Numbered from the stretch's first letter, positions 44,397 to 55,134 are shown. The stretch is 64,000 nucleotides of DNA from an uncultured Verrucomicrobiae bacterium (GCA_963812605.1 CAWEWF010000004.1:192001-256000), one strand, 5' to 3'. Notes: generated from the letters alone by a model not told the origin. A program made the numbers and translations.

Positions 44397-44447
44397 TGCG
44401 GGCGGAGGGACTCGAACCCACACGGATCTCTCCACAGGCTCCAAGGT
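44397..44447 (-). other. tRNA-Leu 3' half (att-like remnant)
   Basis: CCTTGGAGCCTGTGGAGAGATCCGTGTGGGTTCGAGTCCCTCCGCCCGCA: variable arm, T arm and acceptor 3' strand intact, no pairing 5' half. Confidence 0.8.
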
Positions 44448-44614
44448 GGTTTTTGGCGGTTTTACCCAACTTCCCACACCCCAAGCAAATCTCGATTTCG
44501 CTCAATCTTTACAAAGGTTCCGAGACGTTTTTCGGAGTGGCTTAAAAGTGCAGACAGAAGCTCAAATCGCAAGGTCGAGTGCAAAAAACGGGTTGCAACC
44601 AGTCAAAGGGAAGA

Positions 44615-44699
44615 TGCCGCCGGAGGGACTCGAACCCACACGGGATTTCTCCCATTAGCTCCTAAGGCTAACGCGTATATCCAGTTCCGCCACGGCGGC
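44615..44699 (-). tRNA. tRNA-Leu(TAG)
   Basis: GCCGCCG/CGGCGGC acceptor, TTAGC-CTTAGGA-GCTAA anticodon arm, long variable arm, GGTTCGAGTCC; CCA not encoded. Confidence 0.93.
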
Positions 44700-44970
44700 T
44701 TCGTTGGAAAGTTATCATCTGAGGGAGGGGCAAATCAAGTCGTGTCTGTTGGTGACCTTCTAGTTCCACTATCATTTCTGCCGCGACAATCGAGGCCATG
44801 AAACCTGTGCTTGCCGAGAACGTAGAAATCAAACCCTGCCGAAACTTGCGTTTGAGCTTCGGCTCGGAATCTATCGCCTTGCCGATTTTGACCGCAAGTT
44901 CACGGCCGTCGCGGTCTTTAGAAAACATGCAATGCGAGTCCGCGATAAAGCCGTAGGGCATCGAACCTAA

Positions 44971-45159
44971 GCCAAACAGTATCTTGCCGAGGGTCACTTC
45001 AAAACCGGCTCGACGCAGCCGAAGGTCCTGGCCTCCATTCGGTTCATCGAGGAAGGCGGCACGGAAGCGCTGATCACCTGCACCGAAGTCCTCTCCGCAG
45101 CCCTCGCCGCCACGACGGGCACCCGCGTTGTGGCTTGGTTTTGTAGAGTAGATTATTAG
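44971..45159 (+). pseudogene. arcC: Carbamate kinase C-terminal fragment
   Basis: AKQYLAEGHFKTGSTQPKVLASIRFIEEGGTEALITCTEVLSAALAATTGTRVV, preceded by an in-frame TAA and no start codon. Confidence 0.75.
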
Positions 45160-45239
45160 GATTGCCTTCTCTCGGGTGGCTTGCTACACATAAACCTTGA
45201 CAGCTCGACGGCGGTGAAACGTATGATAAGGAGATTGCC

Positions 45240-46979
45240 ATGAAACGTTTTTCGCTCGGTAGTCTGCGTGTTCGTCTTAGCCTGGTTGTGGTACTGGCCG
45301 TCATTCCATCCCTTGGATTGATTTATTACAACGCCCTCGAACAACGTGCAGCCGCCGACGCGCTGGCCCGACAGGATATCGCGCGCATTGCCCGGCTGAT
45401 GGCGGAGCACTACCGGACTGTCATCGACGATACACGCCAATTCCTCGTTCTGCTGGCGCAGTTGCCTCTCATTCGGAATGCTGATCCGTCTCGGGGCGGG
45501 CCAATGTTGGGGAAATTGCTCGGCGAATATCCGCTCTACTCCAACCTTGGAGTGGTCGGACCCGACGGCAACGTGTTGTGCAGTGCCTTGCCGCTGAAGG
45601 ACCCGGTGTCCGTTGCCGATGCCCCGTGGTTTCAGCAAGCGATGACGACGCGCGAATTCGCTGTCGGAGAATATCAGATGAGCGCCTTTAGTAGTCGCCC
45701 ATTGCTGAACTTCGGTTACCCGGTCGTTGGTTCCGATGGTCGGCCAGCACAGATCGTGTTCGCTACCCTTGATATTGCTTATCTCGTTCGGCAGATGAGT
45801 TTCGTCTTGCCGCTCGAAGCCGCAGAACTGGCGGTCGTGGACCGCGACGGCATCATCCTTGGGCAAACGGGTGGCCACGAGGATAGTGTTGGGCGTACTA
45901 CTCCTTTGGTTGCCATCATCAAAGAGGCCAGGGCGCAACGCGGTGGAGGAGACGGCCAGTGGTTCGATTCCGCAGGGGCTGCGCATCTTTACGCATTTTA
46001 TCCGATCGGCGGCAGACAAGCTGGTGTTGACCTCTACATGACCGCGAGCGTGCCCGTGGCTGTTGCATTAGCCGACGCCGATCGGCAGCTGAAGAAGAAC
46101 TTGATCGCACTGGCGCTGGTCGCGCTGCTGGCGTTGGTGGGGGCCCGGTACGGTGGCGAAGCGATTGTCTTGCGCCGCGCGAACGATGACCTGGAGCGGC
46201 GCGTTCAGGAACGCACCAGGGAACTGGCGCACGAGCAATTCCTGCTGCGGACGCTGCTGGACAACGTCCCGGATAGCATCTATTTCAAAGACTTGCAGGG
46301 CCGCTTTCTGCGATCCAGTCGGGCGCAGACCAAGCGATTCGGTCTTAGCGATCCCGCGCAAGCCATTGGGAAGACGGACTTCGATTTCTTTGCTGCGGAG
46401 CATGCCAAGGAAGCGTTCACGGACGAGCAACAGATCATCCAAACGGGCCAACCACTGATCAGCGTGGAAGAGAACTCTCCCTTGGCCGACGGAACAGAAA
46501 GATGGGTCTCCACCTCAAAGCTGCCGTTGCGAGACGCGCGGGGGGACATCGTCGGCACGTTCGGCATCTCGCGTGAGATCACCGAGCGCAAGCAAGCCGA
46601 GCAAACACTGGCCAAAGAACGCAGTATGCTGCTCACGTTGATCGACAATCTTCCCGACATCGTGTTCATCAAAGACGCGAAAGGCCGCTACGTATTCGAT
46701 AACGCCGCTCATCGAGCATTTCTGGCGGTCGGCACCCTCGACGACATCGTGGGCAAGACCGTGTTCGACTTCTATTCAAAGGAACAGGCGACACAACTTC
46801 ACGCCGATGATCAGGCGGTGTTGACGGGCGGGGTGCCGGTACTTAATCGCGAGGAGCACCTGACCGACCGCAAGGGGCGGAAGATTCGGGCGGTGACCAG
46901 CAAGGTTCCGTATCGCGACGACCAACGCAGAATTGTTGGCCTTGTCTGCATCTCCCACGTGCTTGGCGAGCGGAAATAA
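45240..46979 (+). CDS. Membrane sensor: TM-dCache-TM-PAS-PAS, no output domain
   Basis: Cache motifs (VGPDGNVLCS, DAPWFQQA, VGEYQ); two PAS units LLDNVPD.IYFKD..GR...GKTDFDFF; stop right after the second PAC. Confidence 0.85.
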   Translation: MKRFSLGSLRVRLSLVVVLAVIPSLGLIYYNALEQRAAADALARQDIARIARLMAEHYRTVIDDTRQFLVLLAQLPLIRNADPSRGGPMLGKLLGEYPLYSNLGVVGPDGNVLCSALPLKDPVSVADAPWFQQAMTTREFAVGEYQMSAFSSRPLLNFGYPVVGSDGRPAQIVFATLDIAYLVRQMSFVLPLEAAELAVVDRDGIILGQTGGHEDSVGRTTPLVAIIKEARAQRGGGDGQWFDSAGAAHLYAFYPIGGRQAGVDLYMTASVPVAVALADADRQLKKNLIALALVALLALVGARYGGEAIVLRRANDDLERRVQERTRELAHEQFLLRTLLDNVPDSIYFKDLQGRFLRSSRAQTKRFGLSDPAQAIGKTDFDFFAAEHAKEAFTDEQQIIQTGQPLISVEENSPLADGTERWVSTSKLPLRDARGDIVGTFGISREITERKQAEQTLAKERSMLLTLIDNLPDIVFIKDAKGRYVFDNAAHRAFLAVGTLDDIVGKTVFDFYSKEQATQLHADDQAVLTGGVPVLNREEHLTDRKGRKIRAVTSKVPYRDDQRRIVGLVCISHVLGERK

Positions 46980-47277
46980 GCTTTAACCCCATCTTGGTCG
47001 GGGGTAGGACTGGCTTGTGCCGGTCGCAACCGGGTACTGCGTCATCAGGCGCGCGCCTCGACCGCCAAGAACCATCTGGACGCGGTCATCTGGCTCCACG
47101 GGGACCTGATCGACATACTGAGCGTGATCCGCCCCAGGGACGCGTTGCCATTCCAGAGTAGCGGGATTTGCCAAACGGGCGCAACCGTCGTTGTCGCCGC
47201 ACGGTGGCGTAAGTGGTTCTGATTCAGATTGACAGGCCTTCGGGAGACTTCTACGCTCCGACCAGTAGCCAAATATT

Positions 47278-47790
47278 ATGAAATGTCCAAGATGCAGTTC
47301 CATGCTCAGTCCGGTTGACGACGACGGCATCCAAGTCGAAGTTTGCACGGGTTGCAAAGGTGAATGGTTGAGCGCGGGGGAACTTCAGCTGCTCGTTGAG
47401 CATCACGCCGAGGTTTTCACTCCGGAAGAACTCGCTTCCGTGGATGCGATCAACAAGGTGGCCTTTACGGCGGAGAATTGTGATCATGATGAGTTGAATT
47501 GTCCGCAGTGTGAAACCGTGCCCATGGAACATTTTAATTATGGCGACACGAGTGGAATGATTTTGCACAAATGTCCTGAATGCGGCGGCATTTGGACCGA
47601 CAAAGACCAGTTGAAAAAAGCGGAGATGCTGGTCGATGGTTGGAAGGAATGCCTCAATCAGGATGTGGACAAGTACGGTCCGATTCTTGAGAAAGTCGAG
47701 CAGAAGGAGCAGGAGGAACTCGACAAAGCCGTCTCCATTTCCCGGTTCGGTTTCGTCAACGCGATCTTGCGACGATTTTGTGAAGAGTAA
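47278..47790 (+). CDS. Tandem zf-TFIIB-like zinc-ribbon protein
   Basis: CPRC..CTGCKGEWL.AGEL and CPQC..CPECGGIWTD. Confidence 0.82.
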   Translation: MKCPRCSSMLSPVDDDGIQVEVCTGCKGEWLSAGELQLLVEHHAEVFTPEELASVDAINKVAFTAENCDHDELNCPQCETVPMEHFNYGDTSGMILHKCPECGGIWTDKDQLKKAEMLVDGWKECLNQDVDKYGPILEKVEQKEQEELDKAVSISRFGFVNAILRRFCEE

Positions 47791-47810
47791 ACCGGACTCT
47801 TCCCTGCTTG

Positions 47811-48749
47811 CTACCGGGGATTGGACGGGGGACCGTAGTTCACGCCGGCAATGTGCTCCTGCAGGATCGCCTCCTGGAGCGCGGCCAGGGCGTCCTGGCA
47901 CAGCAGCATCACCTTGCGCTTCTGGTTCAGGGAGATAGCCAGGGATCGGACATTCGTGTTCTCGCGTGAGAGCGCAAGGATTTGCGTCCGGATCTTGCTG
48001 AACGTGGCATAACCCGCGAGAGCGGCTCCGAGATCCGTGTCCCCGGTAAGCATCGGCACCCCGGCCAACTGCTTCAAATCTTTGCGGACCGTTTGATCTT
48101 CTTTGGTCATCCGCGCTTCCAACTCATCCATTTTCGAATCGCTCTCTTCCGCGATGTGCGGCGGGAGCAGGGCCTGGATGCGTAGTGCCGCGGTTTGGGC
48201 TCCAAAGGCCAGCAGCGCGATGTCTCTCGCATTCGGGGCGGACGCGCTTTTTTCCACGATGCGGGGAATTGCGGCGTTCATTTCCGCCAACGCATCCGCG
48301 GCCGGACCAAACGCCAAACTGTACGCCTTGAGGTTGGTGTTCTTGACCGCCAGGATCAAAAGATTGCTATCGACAAGCTGGAAATCGGCGAACACCTTCG
48401 AGAATTGGGCCAGCAATTCCTTCTCGTTTGCAGTCCCGCCCGTCTGGAGAAGGTCCCCCAATTCCTTGCTTCCGCGATCCACCTCCGCTGTGGCCGCGCG
48501 GGCCTGGTCGGCAAATTTTTGAGAGTCCTCATCGGTGATGGCCATGACGGCGCTCTTTTCGGCCTCGGAAGCCGAGGCTAGGGCCAGGCGCATTCGTTCC
48601 ACCAGGTCGACCCTTTTGGCCTTGAAAGCGAGTTGTTCAGCCGGGCTCTGGCTTTTTTGCACGTGCAACACGACCAGCATGACCACGAGCAGCATCGCCG
48701 CGCCAAAGGCCATCCAGAACACGTCCTTGCTGCCGGGTCTCATCGTCAT
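47811..48749 (-). CDS. Membrane-anchored tandem four-helix-bundle (MCP ligand-binding-like) protein lacking a signalling domain
   Basis: Single N-terminal TM; two helical repeats ending LAVKNTNLKA and LSRENTNVRS. Confidence 0.7.
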   Translation of the reverse strand: MTMRPGSKDVFWMAFGAAMLLVVMLVVLHVQKSQSPAEQLAFKAKRVDLVERMRLALASASEAEKSAVMAITDEDSQKFADQARAATAEVDRGSKELGDLLQTGGTANEKELLAQFSKVFADFQLVDSNLLILAVKNTNLKAYSLAFGPAADALAEMNAAIPRIVEKSASAPNARDIALLAFGAQTAALRIQALLPPHIAEESDSKMDELEARMTKEDQTVRKDLKQLAGVPMLTGDTDLGAALAGYATFSKIRTQILALSRENTNVRSLAISLNQKRKVMLLCQDALAALQEAILQEHIAGVNYGPPSNPR

Positions 48750-49132
48750 AAGTTCACCCTTCCTAATACCGGAATTGCGTCTCTCGCGCAACGCTTCTTG
48801 TTGCGAGGCCACAAGTTCTCGGCCTCACCAAGCCCCAATTTACTTGACGTTCGGGTGGTCATTTGCTGTACTTCGCCCCGGTTGGAAAAATGGCGAGGTT
48901 GGCGTCTCGTTTGCGTTTCCTCTCTCGGTTCCCTTCGAGAATCGCAAGGCATACAGACCTTCAACGCATCACGCGGGGCGCTCCTTAAAGTGGTTCATCA
49001 GGACACAGCATTGCCCGTGTGCCTATTCATCGACGGCGTTCCGTTCCGTCCGGATGCGCAAGTAATGCGGGAAACGTCGGATCAATAGTTCGAGAAAACT
49101 TGGTGTCGATAAAAAACTGAAGGGGAAAAACC

Positions 49133-52100
49133 ATGAGGATTCTTCGCGTTTCTTTGATCGTTGTCCTGGTTGTTGCGGCTGGTCGAGTGTTCAACGCCGA
49201 TGCTGTGACGGAGGCGACTCTTTACTCCTTTGGCAGTTTCTCCACCGACGGGACCACTCCAGAGGCCGGATTGGTGCAGGGCAGCGACGGTAATTTCTAC
49301 GGGATGGCCAGCGGCGGCGGGACGAGCTTGAACGGCACGGTGTTTCGGATCACTCCCAGCGGCGCCGAAACGAATCTTTACTCCTTCGGCAGTCAACCCA
49401 ACGATGGGAACAGTCCATTTGCGGAGCTGGTGCAGGGCAGCGACAGCAATTTCTACGGGACGACCAGTGGCGGCGGGACGAGCACCGATTGCGTTGGCGG
49501 ATGCGGCACCGTGTTTCGGATCACTCCCAGCGGCGCCGAAACGAATCTTTACTCCTTTGGCAGTCAACCCAATGATGGGGCCAATCCAGAGGCCGGATTG
49601 GTGCAGGGCAGTGACAGCAATTTCTACGGGACGACCTTTTCCGGCGGGACGAGCTCGAACGGCACGGTGTTTCGGATCACTCCCAGTGGCGCCGAAACGA
49701 ATCTTTACTCCTTTGGCAGTCAACCCAACGATGGGGCCAGTCCATAAGCCGGAGTTGGTGCAGGGCGGTGACAGCAATTTCTACGGGACGACCTTTTCCG
49801 GCGGGACGAGCTCGAACGGCACGGTGTTTCGGATCACTCCCAGTGGCGCCGAAACGAATCTTTACTCCTTTGGCAGTCAACCCAACGATGGGAACAGTCC
49901 ATTTGCGGAGCTGGTGCAGGGCAGCGACAGCAATTTCTACGGGACGACCTTTTTCGGCGGGACGAGCACGAATTGCTTCGGCGGATGCGGCACCGTGTTT
50001 CGGATCACTCCCAGCGGCGCCGAAACGAACCTTTACTCCTTTGTCGGCCCCCCCAACGATGGGGCCAATCCAGGGGCCGGGCTGGTGCAGGGCAGCGACA
50101 GCAATTTCTACGGGACGACCGAGCAAGGCGGTGCGAATGGTCTCGGCACGGTGTTCCGGATCAGTCCCAGTGGCGCCGAAACGAATCTTTACTCCTTTGG
50201 CAGTCAACCCAACGATGGGACCGATCCATTTGCCGTGTTGGTGCAGGGCAGCGACAGCAATTTCTACGGGACGACCAGTGGCGGCGGGACGAACGGGGCG
50301 GGCACCGTGTTCAAACTCACGCTCTGCGATTTTTCGATTGACCACACCAATGCAGCCTTCACAGCGGCGGGCGGTTCCGACAGTGTGAGCGTGACCACCT
50401 CCAATGGCTGCGCGTGGACAGCCAGCACCACGAATAGCTGGATCACGATCACGGCGGGCAGCAGCGGCACAGGCAACGGGACAGTCAGCTACTCAGTGGC
50501 GGCCAACGCCAGTTCCAGTGTGCTCACTGGCACGGTCACCATCGCGGGCCAAAGGTTTACGGTGACAGAAGGTGGTATCGCCTGCACGTTTTTGATTGAC
50601 CCGACCAACGGAGTGTTCACGGCGGCGGGCGGTGTGGGCGGTGTGAGCGTGACCGCACCCAATGGCTGTGCCTGGACGGCAATCAGCAACAGCGGCTTCA
50701 TCACAATCACTGCCGGCAGCAGCGGCTCGGGCAACGGCAGCGTCAGCTATAGCGTCGCCACCAACGCGAACGCGACAATTCAGACCGGCACCATGACCAT
50801 CGCCGGGCAGACTTTCACCGTCACCGAGGCGGCGGCTGCCTGCAACGTCTCGCCCGCCTCAACCAACGCCAGCTTCAGCGCGGCGGGAGGCTCCAGCAGC
50901 GTTGTCATCACCGCCAACGGGACCAACTGCTCCTGGACGGCTGTCAGCAACAGCGGCTTCATCACGATCACCGCCGGCAGCAGCGGCTCGGGCAACGGCA
51001 GTGTCAGCTATACCGTTGCCATCAACTCGAACACGACAATTCAGACCGGCTCGATGACCATCGCCGGGCAGACGTTTACCGTCACCCAGGCGGCGCTCGC
51101 CTGCAACGTCTCGCCCGCCTCAACCAACGCCAGCTTCAGCGCGGCGGGAGGCTCCAGCAGCGTTGTCATCACCGCCAACGGGACCAACTGCTCCTGGACG
51201 GCTGTCAGCAACAGCGGCTTCATCATGATCACCGCCGGCAGCAGCGGCTCGGGCAACGGCAGCGTCAGTTATACCGTCGCCGCCAACTCGAACACGACAA
51301 TTCAGACCGGCACCATGACCATCGCCGGGCAGGTGTTCACCGTCACGGAAGCGGCGGCGGCCTGCAACGTCTCGCCCGCCTCAACCAACGCCAGCTTCAG
51401 CGCGGCGGGAGGCTCCAGCAACGTTGTCATCACCGCCAATGGGACCAACTGCTCCTGGACGGCTGTCAGCAACAGCGGCTTCATCACGATCACCGCCGGC
51501 AGCAGCGGCTCCGGTAACGGTAGCGTGAGTTATACCGTCGCCACCAACGCGAACGCGACAATTCAGACCGGCTCGATGACCATCGCCGGGCAGACTTTCA
51601 CCGTCACGGAAGCGGCGGCGGCCTGCAACGTCTCGCCCACCTCAACCAACGCCAGCTTCAGCGCGGCGGGAGGCTCCAGCAACGTTGTCATCACCGCCAA
51701 CGGAACCAACTGCTCCTGGACGGCTGTCAGCAACAGCGACTTCATCACGATCACCGCCGGCGGTAGCGGCTCGGGCAATGGTAGCGTGAGTTATACCGTC
51801 GCCGCGAATACCAACATGACAACCCTGATCGGCACCATGACCATTGCCGGTCAGACATTCACGGTGACCCAGGCGGCGCTCCCCTGCAGCGTCTCGCCCA
51901 CCTCAACCAGCGCCAGCTTCAGCGCGGCGGGGGGCTCCAGCAACATCGTCATCACCGCCAACGGGACCAGCTGCTCCTGGACGGCTGTCAGCGATAGCGG
52001 CTTCATCACGATCACCGCCGGCAGCAGCGGCTCGGGCAACGGCAGTGTCAGCTATGCCGTCGCCGCCAACACGAACGCGACAATCCAAATCGGCACCATG

Positions 52101-52679
52101 ATCATCGCCGGGCAGACGTTTACGGTCACGCAGGCAGGCGGGGTTAGCCCAAACTGCCGGTTGACCCTGAGTGCGACGAGCATCAACCTGCCCGCAAAGG
52201 GTGGAACCAAGACCGTGAAGTTGAAAGCCAAAGGCACCGACTGCGCGTGGACGGCGATCAGCAACGATTCATTCATCAGGATCATTTCCGGCAGTAGCGG
52301 CACGGGCAACGGCAAGGTCCGTTACACCGTTCCCGGCAACACGAACACCACGGCGTTGAGCGGCACGATGACCATTGCGGGCCAGACCTTCACCGTCAAT
52401 CAGGCTGCCGGAGGCTGCACGTTCTCCTTAAGCCCGAAGGATGGGAATTTCCAGGCGGCAGGCGGTCCGGCGGCTGTGCAGGTGAAGCCCAACCTTGGCG
52501 ATTGCGCATGGACGGCGGTCAGCAACGATGCGTTTATTAAGATCGTCGGCAATACCAATGGAGTTGGCAGGGGAACCGTCGGTTACTTCGTGTCTGCCAA
52601 CACCAACACTACGACGTTGACAGGTTCGATCACCATCGCCGGCGAGACGTTCACGATAACAGAGTCGGGCGCCCCCTAA
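49133..52679 (+). CDS. Secreted surface protein: 7 choice-of-anchor GloVer-type repeats + 9 BACON domains; stop and frameshift near 49745
   Basis: Seven LYSF...DG..P...LVQGSD.NFYGTT..GG....GTVF.I units; nine C....F.AAGG.....C.WTA.S...I.I..G.SG.GNG.V.Y.V units. Confidence 0.88.
49206..50320 (+). repeat. Seven near-identical intragenic repeats of ~155-170 bp
   Basis: Recurring GGCGCCGAAACGAATCTTTACTCCTTTGGCAGTCAACCCAACGATGGG and GTGCAGGGCAGCGACAGCAATTTCTACGGGACG. Confidence 0.92.
50841..52135 (+). repeat. Five near-identical 261-bp BACON coding repeats
   Basis: TGCA(A/G)CGTCTCGCCC at 50841, 51102, 51363, 51624 and 51885. Confidence 0.92.
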
Positions 52680-52740
52680 GTCGAGAGGCAACACTTATCG
52701 AATTGCCTTATAGGGCTGTGGTATCTACGCGAGTTTCCTA

Positions 52741-54351
52741 CTACGACGCAATTCGATCGCGTCGCGGGTATAACAACATCGCAATCAGGATTCCGGACAC
52801 GAAACCGCCAACATGCGCGAGGTTGTCCACTTGTGGTTCGAGGCCGCCAATGGTGAAGTCCGTGGCGACCATTAACGCCAGCACCACCAGCAGTCGCCGT
52901 CGCAGGGCGTGATACATGGGCGAATGCAGCCGCCACACCGCGACGGCAAACGCCCCGATCACACCAAAGATTCCCCCGCTCGCGCCGATGGCCACGTCGT
53001 AGTGCGCCACGAACGCGCTGGCGAGGTTGCCGAGCGCGCCGGCCAGCAGGAACACGATGAGGAAGCGACAGCGGCCCATGGTCTTCTCGACCGCCGTTCC
53101 AAAAATCCACAGCCCGGCGCCGTTCATCACCAAATGCAGCCAGTTCGCATGCAGGAATAGCGCCGTAAAAATGCGCCACCACTCGCCTTCCTGGACCGTG
53201 GCGGAGCTGTTACCGGCCCACAACAGGAATTTCTCCTGCAGGTCACTGCTTAAAAACACATCACCAACCAAATACACAACCACCAGGATTACCAGGAGCA
53301 CCAGCGTCACCGGCTCGGGCCGCCCCATGAACATCAAGGCGCGCCACGCGGCCGTGTCCTTCTGCGCGCGTTGCAACAGGTCCTGGCCGTGTGCGTACGC
53401 CGGGTCTTGCGCGGCCCATCGCGTCGGCATTTCCTCCGTTTGGGCGCGGTGCAAGTGCTGCGTGATGGCCTTGCGCCACAAATGGTCCCGCAACCGGGTC
53501 AACTCCAGCGCGCGCGCGAGGCATTGCGCCGCCGTCTCGCGATCGCCGCGCGCCAGCGCGCACCGGCCACGCCAGTAGGCCGCGAATCGAGTGAATCCAC
53601 GGGAACGGCGCCTGTATTCGCGTTGCCGCAACAGGGAGTCGACGGCTGCCATGTCGCCGGCCAGCGCCGCTACGCAAACCCGCGTGGCCCAAAGCTGCGT
53701 TTGTTTCGCACCGAGCGTTCGTGGTGACAGCACGACGAACGGAAGACTGCGCAGCGCCCGTTCGACCTGGCCGATCTCCGCCAGCGCGCGCGCGGCGAAC
53801 AACCGCGCCTGCGTCACCTGCCCCAGCGTGCCCCAATCGTAAACGCTTTCGTAATATGCCACGGCCCGCTCCCATTGCCGCAGGGTCACGAGCAGCGCCA
53901 GTTTCCAGATGCGCACAAGGCCGCAGATCATCAATGGCATCGGTTGCGCGGCGAGTTGATCGAGCGCCCGCAACGCTTCCTCTGTTTGCCCGCGCGCCAA
54001 CAGGCGCAAAGCCGCGGCGTGGCGACGATACAGTCGGCCGGTTTGCCCCCAGGCAACCCAGCCCGCCCATTGGCGAAACAGGGCCGCGTCGCGCCAATAC
54101 CCGCGCAGTTCTTTCCCCGCCGCCAGGGAAGTCAGCGCGGCAGGCGCGATGACAAATATTCCGAAGAGCGCCCAGGCGATGGGGACCCAGACATATTCCT
54201 TGCTGAAATAAATCGCCCCGCAACAAGCCAGGAGCGTGACTGACAATTGGGAAATTTGCGCCGCGTACCAGCGCCGCTCGCCGCCGAGCAACGGTAGCAG
54301 TTGCGTGATCGCCAGGAACAGGATCGGGTAAACGAGAAAACGTTGGCTCAT
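52741..54351 (-). CDS. Rhomboid family intramembrane serine protease with N-terminal TM/TPR-like region
   Basis: EWWRIFTALFLH, HLVMN, GASG, AHVGG. Confidence 0.9.
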   Translation of the reverse strand: MSQRFLVYPILFLAITQLLPLLGGERRWYAAQISQLSVTLLACCGAIYFSKEYVWVPIAWALFGIFVIAPAALTSLAAGKELRGYWRDAALFRQWAGWVAWGQTGRLYRRHAAALRLLARGQTEEALRALDQLAAQPMPLMICGLVRIWKLALLVTLRQWERAVAYYESVYDWGTLGQVTQARLFAARALAEIGQVERALRSLPFVVLSPRTLGAKQTQLWATRVCVAALAGDMAAVDSLLRQREYRRRSRGFTRFAAYWRGRCALARGDRETAAQCLARALELTRLRDHLWRKAITQHLHRAQTEEMPTRWAAQDPAYAHGQDLLQRAQKDTAAWRALMFMGRPEPVTLVLLVILVVVYLVGDVFLSSDLQEKFLLWAGNSSATVQEGEWWRIFTALFLHANWLHLVMNGAGLWIFGTAVEKTMGRCRFLIVFLLAGALGNLASAFVAHYDVAIGASGGIFGVIGAFAVAVWRLHSPMYHALRRRLLVVLALMVATDFTIGGLEPQVDNLAHVGGFVSGILIAMLLYPRRDRIAS

Positions 54352-54364
54352 GGGCGAGGAACAC

Positions 54365-54826
54365 TTAAGGGAGAACAGTCACCGCATCCCCGATCTCCAG
54401 GAGATCGTAGAGCCTCTCGATTTGCTCGACGTTCATCGCCACGCAGCCATGCGTCCAGGTAATGTTCGGACACGGCCCGTGCAAGCCGACCTCGCCGCCG
54501 AGGGCGGTTTTCCAAGGCGGACATTCTTTTCCGGCAATCGCGTCGCGGATCAACTGATACTCGGTCGGAGAAATGAGTTTGTTGCGCAGCCCGCGTTCAG
54601 CGTCTTCAACATTGGGATAGCTCAGCCCCAAAAAGCGGTGGTATTTGCTTTCGGGATTCTTGTAACAGATGTAGAACTCGCCTTCAGGCGTTGCCAGGTC
54701 GCCCTCGCGCTGTTTATCGGCGGGGTTCTTGCCAACAACAACGGGAATGCGGAGCACCTCTTCGTCGCCATCGAAAACGGTGAGGGATTTCGCGTGCTTC
54801 GTGATGACCAGCCGCCGCGCGCTCAC
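54365..54826 (-). CDS. L,D-transpeptidase (YkuD) family protein
   Basis: KQREGDLATPEG, LSYPN, GLHG...WTHGCVAM. Confidence 0.88.
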   Translation of the reverse strand: MSARRLVITKHAKSLTVFDGDEEVLRIPVVVGKNPADKQREGDLATPEGEFYICYKNPESKYHRFLGLSYPNVEDAERGLRNKLISPTEYQLIRDAIAGKECPPWKTALGGEVGLHGPCPNITWTHGCVAMNVEQIERLYDLLEIGDAVTVLP

Positions 54827-55134
54827 GCCTGCCCTGCTCCGGGCGGGGCCAACGTGTCAATCCGGGCAGCCAGCTCAAAATCCTTTTGCGTAATGCCGCC
54901 GGCATCGTGCGTTGTGAGCAAGATCTTTACGCGTTTGTAACGATGAAGTTGAAGATCGGGATGATGATCCATCCGATTGGCGATCGGCGCTATCTTCGCG
55001 ATAAATTTGGCCGCTCCCGTAAAACTACTCAGGGTAAACTCTTTCGTCAGCGCATTTCGATCGCGCTTCCACCCGCTCAGTTTTGCCAGGTTTTGCTCGA
55101 TCTTCGATTGGGAAAGCTTTGCCGGTTTTGCCAT
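54823..55134 (-). CDS. phhB: Pterin-4-alpha-carbinolamine dehydratase
   Basis: DHHPD...TTHDAGGITQKDFELAARID; RBS GGAGG. Confidence 0.9.
   Translation of the reverse strand: MAKPAKLSQSKIEQNLAKLSGWKRDRNALTKEFTLSSFTGAAKFIAKIAPIANRMDHHPDLQLHRYKRVKILLTTHDAGGITQKDFELAARIDTLAPPGAGQA

Noticed and set aside
44668-44997. 109-aa ORF
   Set aside because: Overlaps both tRNA-Leu and the arcC fragment and has no recognisable motif
49206-50320. Diversity-generating retroelement TR/VR pair
   Set aside because: All repeats are coding and tandem, differences are not restricted to adenines, and no reverse transcriptase is present
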